Assembly: GCA_016840425.1 (NCBI GenBank)
Contig: JAEOSI010000011.1
Location: 1-22,408 of the forward strand
Reading direction: 5' to 3'
DNA from: Candidatus Wukongarchaeum yapensis
Lineage (GTDB): Archaea; Asgardarchaeota; Wukongarchaeia; Wukongarchaeales; Wukongarchaeaceae
DNA: 22,408 bases
The notes under the pieces were generated by a model that made no database searches, had not been told where the DNA came from, and saw only the letters and a list, made by a program, of their open reading frames with translations. This document shows positions 7,924 through 18,203 of this stretch, in pieces. A program made the translations under genes and the position numbers. Each line of letters begins with the position of its first letter. Position 1 is the stretch's first letter.

Positions 7924-8290
7924 ATGGCTGGGTATCCAGAGTAGCCCCTCTTCTGTTCCGCGGGGCCTTTCGCCTGAAGGCGGCAGACATCCCGCTCAGC
8001 AACATTCAACTAAGCGCCTTACCCGGCCCTCATAGACATTCATTGGAGCCCTATTTAGGCTTGCTCCGCGGCGTTAGGCCGTTTCAACGCTCCTTCACGC
8101 TTCCTCAACGGTAAGAGACTAATAAGCGCCATATCATCGTCATTTGGCGTGAAGACGTCTCGTTTCTGCTCCTAGAGCCGGGTTCTCACCCGGTGACTTA
8201 CGCCACGCCACTTGCCTAGGGAGGAGGGAGCTTCCTCAAGACATGCAGATCGATACATGTCCCGAAAGTCACCCTTGGACTCCCAGCCAT
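7924..8290 (-). ncRNA. rnpB: RNase P RNA (archaeal, type A-like)
   Basis: Terminal P1 ATGGCTGGG/CCCAGCCAT; CR-I GAGGAAGCTCCCTC pairs with CR-V ACAGAAGAGGGGCTAC; GCAGAAAC and GAAACGGC conserved blocks; GGTAA in the L15 region; TATA-like TTAAAATATA about 21-30 nt upstream. Confidence 0.92.
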
Positions 8291-8448
8291 CAATTAATAT
8301 AAAGAAAGGGTATATTTTAATTTTTGCCCTTTTTCAGTTTGTAATGATAGGCTTACCCCCACATACTTAATCCCCCCCTGAATTTAGGGGGTTTTATATT
8401 AGCGTTTTTATAAAAAGGTTTTTTAAAATACTTTTAGTTATTTTTTAG

Positions 8449-8505
8449 ACGGATAAAAACAAAGGAGATTTTATTTATATGGACAAAACAAAGGAGATTT
8501 TATTT
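8449..8505 (+). repeat. Imperfect 29-bp-period duplication of the start of the following ORF (21-bp identical core)
   Basis: AAAACAAAGGAGATTTTATTT occurs at 8456-8476 and 8485-8505. Confidence 0.85.
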
Positions 8506-9114
8506 GATGAGAAGATAAAGGCATGCTTTAAAGATGTTTTAAACATCTCTGATGATTTAATTATAACTTTTAGAGAAGAGATTGATAGGGACAGACAGAA
8601 AAAAGTAGAAGATATTGTAAAAAAGGTTATGTTTTCACCTCATTTGGATCTAAAAATGAATTGGGAAAAAAAAGGGTTAGTTATAGGGGATATAGAACGA
8701 GTAATTAAGAAGGGGAGAGAGAAGTTAGACAGTGAAAGTAAAAAGGAGCTTTTTCGATTTTTTCAAAAAATAAATGAAACCGTTAAAATTGATAAAATAA
8801 AGGTAAAAGTTACTGTTTCTGATGAATGGATAGAGGAATGGATAAATAGTGGGGGAAAAACCTATAGTGAAGCAAAAATTAAGCTTGGACATAAGGAAAG
8901 CCCCTTAAAAGAATCAATTCAAGAATTTTTAAGAAAATGGAGCCTAGAAAAAGAAATAATAGCACCAGAAATAGCGGAAGAAAGAATAATAGAAATTAAA
9001 AAAGGAAAAGGTGACTTAGATAAAGAAAATTGGATAAATATAATAAAAAAACTTGGCAAAAAAACACCAATAAAAGAAATAACCATTGGAATAATCATAA
9101 ACGACGAGAATTAA
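8479..9114 (+). CDS. Hypothetical Lys/Glu/Ile-rich protein (211 aa)
   Basis: Long ORF with host-like purine-rich coding strand and AAGGAG upstream. No motif recognised. Confidence 0.7.
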   Translation: MDKTKEILFDEKIKACFKDVLNISDDLIITFREEIDRDRQKKVEDIVKKVMFSPHLDLKMNWEKKGLVIGDIERVIKKGREKLDSESKKELFRFFQKINETVKIDKIKVKVTVSDEWIEEWINSGGKTYSEAKIKLGHKESPLKESIQEFLRKWSLEKEIIAPEIAEERIIEIKKGKGDLDKENWINIIKKLGKKTPIKEITIGIIINDEN

Positions 9115-9136
9115 AAAAACTAAATTTTAGTTATAA

Positions 9137-9182
9137 AGGCCTCATAAACTTCGTGAAAACTTTAGCGGCTAAGATACTTAAG

Positions 9183-9190
<8 letters not shown>
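9137..9190 (-). other. 3' arm of the pre-23S processing stem with BHB
   Basis: Pairs with 12244-12298. Central helix CGCT (9167-9164), AAA bulge (9163-9161). Confidence 0.88.
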
Positions 9191-12243
<3,053 letters not shown>

Positions 12244-12252
<9 letters not shown>

Positions 12253-12298
12253 CTATAATAGTATCTCAGCTATCGCCGTTTTTTGGTTTATGAGGCCT
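12244..12298 (-). other. 5' arm of the pre-23S processing stem with BHB
   Basis: Complementary to 9137-9190. Central helix GGCG (12277-12274), ATA bulge (12273-12271). Confidence 0.88.
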
Positions 12299-12440
12299 AT
12301 GCATGATCTTCATCGCTTTAGGTCAAAATGATCGGTAAATTTGGTTTAGTTTTGGCCTAATTTGCTGGATCCTTCAACCAAGAGGTAGAATCCTCTTGAT
12401 TTGCATCGAGAGAAAATCTTTGCATTTTAGTGGTTTCTTA

Positions 12441-12455
12441 ATATTTTTTATAATT
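12441..12455 (-). promoter_or_regulatory. Candidate TATA box for the stand-alone 23S gene
   Basis: The minus strand reads AATTATAAAAAATAT about 150 nt upstream of the processing stem. The region is AT-rich, so this is weak evidence. Confidence 0.35.
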
Positions 12456-12712
12456 TAGTAGGTTGTAGGATTTTGTTTTTCCGCATTTTTATTGATCTCA
12501 TATCAGTATAATAAATCTTACGCTATTATATTCTTGTTTAGTTTTTAGGTTATTTTGGTGAGGTTTTTCTATAATCATGTCTATTTTTAAGGTTTTCGTT
12601 TTGTGAAGTTTGTAGGAAATTTCTAATCTTTTAATTTTCTAAAAGGAGGTATGTTGTAATGGTTTGAAAGAGGTAGGCGGTTAAATATGGTTTTAAGTAA
12701 TTTAAGTTTGAA

Positions 12713-14173
12713 TTGAAAGTTATTTTTAAAGGGGAAATGTTAAACATGTTTTTTAGAAGTATATTCCGGGGTAAGGATGTTTTTAGTGTGAAGAGTGGGA
12801 AAACGTCGGGAGATTGTGTTGTCTTTTTTGGGGAGAGGGTTAATTTATTTTTAGGGGTTTTGGAGATTAGTTGTAACAAGGAGAAGGGCATTTGGTCTTC
12901 TTTTAGAGAGGAGGGGCATATTAATCTGGAGGGAGAATTGTTTCCTTTGTTGAGTTCTTTTGTTAAAGACTGTTCTTTAGAGTTTAGGAGGGGAAAAGGT
13001 GTTCGAATTTTTATTTATGAACGTAAAAATTTGATAGGGGATTTAGAAGGAGATATAAGGGTTTTTGAAGAGACCTTTAAAAAAATAAAGGAAAAGATCG
13101 GGGAGAATTGGGGGGTTATGTTTGATGTTAAGGTTGTTGATCCTGAAGGTTTTTTGAGGGAGATCCAAGAAAGTATTCCTGAAGAGATAACAAGTTGGGA
13201 GAAGGATTCTGATAAAAGTTTATACATAAAAGCAAAAGATGGGGGATATTACATAGGATGTAGTTATTTTAATGAAAAGAGTTTTAGTGAGTCTTTTGCG
13301 GAAGAAATAGAAAGGATAATGGCTTTTAAGGGATTGGATCTAAGTTTTATATTGAATGTGGAGGGGAAACATTATTCTTCCTATTTATTTTTAAGATCTA
13401 GGAACTCTTTGAAATTTTTAATAAAAGATTTATGGGGGAAAAAAAGTAACGGTTTAGAGGTTATAAGTGGTTTTTTGGGAGTGAAGGGACTGCTTGAGAA
13501 TTTTGGCAGGATTATTTTAAGGCGGGGAATACCAAAGGGCAGAAAAAGATTTCTTAGCGAATTTTCGGGTTTAGAAGAACTTTTTAATAGTTGTATAATT
13601 AGGATCAATGATGAAAAAAATGATTTTTCAAGTATAAGAAATAAAGTGGAGGGAGAATGGTGTTTTTATTGTACCTATCCTGAAGGGGCTTGTAATAACG
13701 TTAAAAAATATGTTGAAGAAAAACTAGAAAAAATGGACGAAAAAAGGATAATGGAATCAATTGAAATGCTTAAAAAAGGAGAGGTTGAAAGATTTTGTAC
13801 ATTTATGAATATAAAGTTGCGAAGTTTACCTTGCTTTTTTAGGGCGATTATGAAATTTTTAAAAGAAAAAAAAACGCTGATAGATCAGGCGCAGGAATTG
13901 GAAAAAATTTTATCTCTCAATGTCGAGGAAGAGTGTAACTATTGCACCGTTCCCGAAAAAGAATGTAAATATGTGAAAAATTGGGTATATACGATCATTA
14001 AAAAAGCAAAAACTTCACTAATCGAAAAGATTAGGAGGGGATTTGAAAAAGACGAAGAAATAGGGTTAAAACTATTATTTAAAAATCTTAAGATACCCCA
14101 TGAATACTTGCCTTGCGCAAGAAGAACAATAAGATATATTCTCACACAAAATAAAAAGAAGTCACAAAATTAG
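12713..14173 (+). CDS. Hypothetical protein (486 aa) with two C-terminal CxxC-x6-C...LPC repeats (putative metal or Fe-S binding)
   Basis: C317/C320/C327/C374 and C408/C411/C418/C468. The N-terminal part is not recognised and the start is uncertain (TTG 12713, ATG 12737 or ATG 12746). Confidence 0.75.
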   Translation: MKVIFKGEMLNMFFRSIFRGKDVFSVKSGKTSGDCVVFFGERVNLFLGVLEISCNKEKGIWSSFREEGHINLEGELFPLLSSFVKDCSLEFRRGKGVRIFIYERKNLIGDLEGDIRVFEETFKKIKEKIGENWGVMFDVKVVDPEGFLREIQESIPEEITSWEKDSDKSLYIKAKDGGYYIGCSYFNEKSFSESFAEEIERIMAFKGLDLSFILNVEGKHYSSYLFLRSRNSLKFLIKDLWGKKSNGLEVISGFLGVKGLLENFGRIILRRGIPKGRKRFLSEFSGLEELFNSCIIRINDEKNDFSSIRNKVEGEWCFYCTYPEGACNNVKKYVEEKLEKMDEKRIMESIEMLKKGEVERFCTFMNIKLRSLPCFFRAIMKFLKEKKTLIDQAQELEKILSLNVEEECNYCTVPEKECKYVKNWVYTIIKKAKTSLIEKIRRGFEKDEEIGLKLLFKNLKIPHEYLPCARRTIRYILTQNKKKSQN

Positions 14174-14307
14174 AAAAAATAACCATTAGGTGAACTTTAA
14201 TAGCGAAAAAATTTATAAAAAATACCTTAGGATAAATAATTCTAATGGAAATATAGACAAATTTGCGAGGTTTAATTGAGGGAAAAAGGAAAAGATTGTT
14301 ACTATAT

Positions 14308-14407
14308 GGCCTGGATGGGGTAGTGGTATCCTGAGGGACTGTGGATCCCTTGACGCGGGATGGAACATAGGAAATGCTCCACGCGATTTCAATTCCCGCT
14401 CCGGGCC
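14308..14407 (+). tRNA. tRNA-His(GUG) with encoded G-1 and a 28-nt intron at 53/54 (14360-14387)
   Basis: 8-bp acceptor stem GGCCTGGA/TCCGGGCC, anticodon GTG at 14341-14343, stem AGGGA/TCCCT. Strict BHB: TTGA/TCAA, CGCG/CGCG, TGGA/TCCA. Confidence 0.93.
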
Positions 14408-14558
14408 TATACCAAATTAATTCAAGCGGAATCTCAGATCGTTTTAAAAAAATGTTGATTTTAGATTGTAAAAATACTAGAGTTCGATAAGAGTTTAAAA
14501 TATCTCAAAGAAATATAAAAGGTGAAAAATACTAGAAAAGTAATGCTAATCTTTAACG

Positions 14559-14565
14559 TTTAATA
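14559..14565 (+). promoter_or_regulatory. TATA box of tRNA-Glu
   Basis: TTTAATA ends 26 nt before G1 (14591). Confidence 0.5.
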
Positions 14566-14590
14566 CATACTTAATTCAAACGTTAATGTT

Positions 14591-14708
14591 GCCGCGGTAG
14601 TGTAGCCAGACGATTTCGGGTTAAGTCAAGCATAGGAGGCTCTCGACCTTCTGACGGGGGTTCGAAGCAAGAACTAACTAAAAAGCGAAAATCCCCCCCG
14701 CGGCACCA
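14591..14708 (+). tRNA. tRNA-Glu(CUC) with two non-canonical introns: 18/19 (14610-14624, 15 nt) and 59/60 (14667-14691, 25 nt); CCA encoded
   Basis: Acceptor stem GCCGCGG/CCGCGGC, anticodon stem GGAGG/CCTTC around CTCTCGA. BHB central helices AGCC/GGTT and TTCG/CGAA. Confidence 0.9.
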
Positions 14709-14877
14709 AACTTTATTCATTTCTAAGCATAAATCATGAAGAAATAACTAAATAATTTTGAACACTTATTATTCATCCTCGATTTACAGTCAAAGACGTA
14801 TTCCGATACAAGATAGGGGGGGATATAAATGTTTCAAAGTGATTTTATTATGAAAAAATATTGAAAGGGAAAAGAAA

Positions 14878-15051
14878 ATGTTTAAAAGAAAAATTAGAGG
14901 AAAAAGGGGTTCACCTCTTTTAGAGGAAGGTATACTATTAGGACTTTCACTTTTCATGTTTTTAATAATTGCTTCAATGGTTTTGGGTATTCTAGATTGG
15001 AGTTCAAACAATTTTGATGAAGCACTAGACGCCATTAGTGACCTTGACTAA
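14878..15051 (+). CDS. 57-aa Flp-like prepilin (class III signal peptide; not in ORF track)
   Basis: Hand translation gives MFKRKIRGKRG/SPLLEEGILLGLSLFMFLIIASMVLGILDWSSNNFDEALDAISDLD*. It has a basic leader, a Gly cleavage site, Glu at +5 and a 22-aa hydrophobic helix. SD-like GAAAGGGA lies upstream. Confidence 0.8.
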   Translation: MFKRKIRGKRGSPLLEEGILLGLSLFMFLIIASMVLGILDWSSNNFDEALDAISDLD

Positions 15052-15072
15052 TCGGATTAAGAGTTTAAAAAA

Positions 15073-15207
15073 TGGTGCGGGGGATGGGATTCGAACCCAC
15101 GCAGGTTTATGCGGTTTTATTACAACTCTACACCACAGGATTCGATCGCTAAACGATGTTTAACGTGCCTCAGTCCTGCTCCTTTGGCCTGGCTCGGACA
15201 CCCCCGC
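15073..15207 (-). tRNA. tRNA-Leu(GAG) with two introns: 26 nt in the anticodon loop (15142-15167 if 37/38) and 21 nt in the variable arm (15107-15127); CCA encoded
   Basis: Acceptor stem GCGGGGG/TCCCCCGC region, anticodon GAG at 15171-15169, stem CAGGA/TCCTG. Splicing restores the variable arm GGT-GTAG-ACC. T-loop TTCGAAT. Confidence 0.88.
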
Positions 15208-15645
15208 TGCTGGAAAACGCCCCCAGAAGCCTCTACGAGCCATTTTAGAGGGGTTGATCCTTTGAGGGTGCTTTCTTCAAATCGTAGACCTTTGAAGGTA
15301 GAAAATCCTTCATCGTTTATAAAGTCTACGACAGCGCATAGCAGCTGTTTGCGCCTACTGCTACGATTCTCACGTAGTTCTTCAGCGTTTTTGAGAGCCA
15401 AACATATTAGTAAATCTTCTTCTTTTTGAGTATTCCATAAAAGCCAAACTTTTTATCCCTAAGCTACAAAGAGTTAATAGAATTGTATTTTGGATAACGA
15501 TTTACACCATGACCTAAAAAACTTCCAAAAGCAGAATCCTCAAAAAGAACATTTACTAAAGCAATCTAGGGGCTTTATTTTATAGAAGAGAAAGTTTTTT
15601 GAAGAAGTTTCTTTTTTAGATAGTTTTACACTGGAGGTAAAAATT

Positions 15646-16362
15646 GTGGTTAAAATTAAGTTAATAGAAGAGGGCTCCTTAGAAAGATGCACGCTCATAA
15701 CAGGTTTTCACGGGTTGGGACAAGTTGGCTATATTGCTGTGCGGCATATCGTAAAAGTTCTTTCGCCTAAAAGAATAGGGGTTATACTTACGAAAAATTT
15801 ACCTCCGTTTATAACCGTTGAAAATGGGAAAATTATTCTTCCCTTTGAGGTTTATAAAAAGGATAAGTTCATCATAGTTTTACCACACATACAACCTTAC
15901 AGAAGAAACATGACCTCTTTTATGAAAGGTTTAGTTAAATGGGCAATTATGAGTAAAATAGAGCAAGCAGTTCTAATTGGAGGGGTTGATAACCAGTTAA
16001 AAAGATCGTTAGAAGAGGTCTGTTGCGTTTTAACCGAGACATTTAAGAACAATAAAGGAGACCTGAAGCTACCTTATTTGAATGATTGGCTTTTTGTAGC
16101 AGGTCCTCTAGCTTTAATGCTTGGATTTTCAGAGATTTACAAATTCCCAGCCGCAGCCATTTTAGCCTTTGCAGAAAGATACAGACCAGATCCAAAGGCG
16201 GCTGCCGCAGTTATAGAAACAATAAATAGGCTTTTTGGGCTTAAAGTAAATACTACAGAGCTAGTTGAGGAAGCTGAAAAAATAGAACAGGAAATAGAAA
16301 CGTCTTTAAAACAGTATAAGATACAAGAATTAGAAGAAGGGTCACGAGGGATGTATATTTAA
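15646..16362 (+). CDS. PAC2-family proteasome assembly chaperone
   Basis: LITGFHGLGQVGYIA, LIGG, AGPLALML and PDPKAAA motifs and a C-terminal MYI (HbYX-like) tail. GTG start after GGAGGT. Confidence 0.88.
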   Translation: MVKIKLIEEGSLERCTLITGFHGLGQVGYIAVRHIVKVLSPKRIGVILTKNLPPFITVENGKIILPFEVYKKDKFIIVLPHIQPYRRNMTSFMKGLVKWAIMSKIEQAVLIGGVDNQLKRSLEEVCCVLTETFKNNKGDLKLPYLNDWLFVAGPLALMLGFSEIYKFPAAAILAFAERYRPDPKAAAAVIETINRLFGLKVNTTELVEEAEKIEQEIETSLKQYKIQELEEGSRGMYI

Positions 16363-16793
16363 GTTTCTTCTTTTTTAGACATTTCAACAAAACGCTCAAA
16401 AGCCTGACGAATTCTATCCGCAGTTGGTCCTGTCCCTTCAACGCCTTGAGAAGTAACTTTCACCCGGCCAAGTACCGTTATTAATCCTGGATCCTCATAA
16501 AATTTAACTTCGCCTAAAGGAAACATTTTTTCAAGTTCTTGAGCTAAACCTTTGAGGTCAAAAGGTTTTTCGCTTAAAACTATTTCAGCTACTATTTTAC
16601 CACTAAGGACTACCCGTGGAAGCACATTCCCCTCATTATCTTTAGCATCGTCTAAACAAACGCTTAGGGAATCAGGGTGATAACCTTTTAAAAATCCTAA
16701 AAATGATTTGCCATTAACTGTTATAACTTTAACATATTTACCGAGCAAAAAAGCAAGTGCTTTATAAAACTCTCTCGCACGAACATTGGCCAT
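16359..16793 (-). CDS. Sm-like protein with C-terminal domain (SmAP3 type)
   Basis: N-terminal Sm fold (LLGKYVKVITVNGKSFLGFLKGY...SVCLDDA...VVLSGKIVAEI) plus a C-terminal extension (LAQELEKMFP..VKFYED.G.ITV...VKVT..GVEGTGP.ADRI). Confidence 0.8.
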   Translation of the reverse strand: MANVRAREFYKALAFLLGKYVKVITVNGKSFLGFLKGYHPDSLSVCLDDAKDNEGNVLPRVVLSGKIVAEIVLSEKPFDLKGLAQELEKMFPLGEVKFYEDPGLITVLGRVKVTSQGVEGTGPTADRIRQAFERFVEMSKKEET

Positions 16794-17013
16794 AGAAAAA
16801 CCCTACCATCCTTTAAAGGATTTTAATCATACACTTTCTATTCTTAACTTTTACTATTTAAAATAGTGTATATTTTCCTTAAAATTTTCTCAAAAACCTT
16901 AAAGACCATTCAAAAAAACTTTAAAAAGATTTTGAAAAAAAACGCTTGAAAAAGCTATATTGATGAAAAAACTCTGAAATCCGATATAAATCCAATTTTT
17001 TAATCTTGAAGTT

Positions 17014-17037
17014 GAAGAAGAAGAAGAAGAAGAAGAA
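17014..17037. repeat. (GAA)8 microsatellite in the divergent intergenic region
   Basis: Eight perfect GAA units followed by TAG. In that frame a TAA at 16987 is reached with no start codon in between. Confidence 0.9.
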
Positions 17038-17189
17038 TAGTTACGTTTATCTCCCTCATTGTAGGGTTATTGTTTCCTACATACGCGAAATATGTTCTAA
17101 TTTATTGAAAAAGAGAAGGATATAAAGAGGTTTATTATTTTTAAAAATTACTTTATTGGTTTTTTGCTTTTTGTTTAAATTGATGATTT

Positions 17190-18203
17190 ATGAGATCAAT
17201 ATACTTCAATCAAAATGTTTGTCCTGAGTGTTCAGGATTTCTAGTTACAACAGAGTATAATATTGTTTGTGTGGCGTGCGGTCTCGAAGTTTCTAGGATT
17301 ATAAGCGATCCTACATATTGTATAGAATCAGAAAACAGACAAGGAAACTATTATACATTTCCAGGAGCAAGAGCATATTTAGCCGATGGTTTAGGCACAG
17401 ATATAGACCGTTATAAAACAAATAGATTTAGAGATTTTCGAGGTCGAATTCTTTCAGAAAAAAAACAAAATAAGTTTAAAAGGTTAAGGATAATACATCA
17501 AAGAGTCGGAAGATTTGGTGAAAGAGAGAGAAATTTTCACGCTTTATGCTTGATAAACAGGATTTCTGCCCTTTTAAATCTTCCAAAAAACGTAAGAAAC
17601 AGGGCAGGATACTACTATAAAAAAATTTCAAAAATTATAAGAAAAAATGATAAAGAGAAAAAAAGAAGAAGAAATTCAGTAAAGATCGCGGCATTTTGTA
17701 TATTAGCAGCGGTTAAAGAAGACCCTAAAATAATACCTATTCGTTTAGTAGAGATCCTTAGATGTTTCAAAAAAGCAGGCTACAACATTAAGGGATCAGA
17801 TTTAACAGAATTGAGACTTTATCCAGAAATTACAAAAATTATAAAGATCAAAGCAAGAAAGAGCGAAGATTATATCGACAGGATCATCGATTCAACATTA
17901 GCTTCAAAAAAGGTGCAAAATCAGGTTGAAAAGAAAAAAATAGATACTTTGGAATATAAACAAGCACTTTTGAGCGTTTGTAAAAAGATTTTAGAAAAAA
18001 CACCAGCTCAAAAAAGGGGAGGAAGGGACCCCTATATAATGGCCGCAGCGGCTGTTTATGCAGCAGATAAATACATTTCTAAAATCCATCAAGCAGGAGC
18101 CATATTAACCCAAAGGCTTCTTGCTGAGATAACAGATGTTGCAGAATATAGTATAAGAGAACACTATCTAAAGGTGTTAAAAGCACATGTATACAAAAAA
18201 TGA
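17190..18203 (+). CDS. Divergent transcription factor B (TFB/TFIIB) paralogue
   Basis: Zn ribbon CPEC..CVAC. First cyclin fold (LINRISALLNLPKNVRNRAGYYYKKI). Second cyclin fold and HTH (GRDPYIMAAAAVY...LTQRLLAEITDVAEYSIREHY). Confidence 0.85.
   Translation: MRSIYFNQNVCPECSGFLVTTEYNIVCVACGLEVSRIISDPTYCIESENRQGNYYTFPGARAYLADGLGTDIDRYKTNRFRDFRGRILSEKKQNKFKRLRIIHQRVGRFGERERNFHALCLINRISALLNLPKNVRNRAGYYYKKISKIIRKNDKEKKRRRNSVKIAAFCILAAVKEDPKIIPIRLVEILRCFKKAGYNIKGSDLTELRLYPEITKIIKIKARKSEDYIDRIIDSTLASKKVQNQVEKKKIDTLEYKQALLSVCKKILEKTPAQKRGGRDPYIMAAAAVYAADKYISKIHQAGAILTQRLLAEITDVAEYSIREHYLKVLKAHVYKK

Noticed and set aside
12379-12398. Hairpin CAAGAGG-TAGAAT-CCTCTTG
   Set aside because: Probably an ordinary pre-rRNA leader helix, and no separate function is supportable.
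12713-13600. N-terminal part of the 486-aa protein as a VirB4/TraC-like N-domain
   Set aside because: This was only a vague impression, with no Walker motifs or alignable residues.
14790-15035. 81-aa minus-strand ORF
   Set aside because: It is antisense to the prepilin ORF, which has a clear class III signal peptide and SD site.
15109-15429. ORFs 15109-15429 (+) and 15120-15401 (-)
   Set aside because: Both overlap tRNA-Leu and have no motifs. The 15208-15430 stretch could be a gene remnant, but I cannot support a call.
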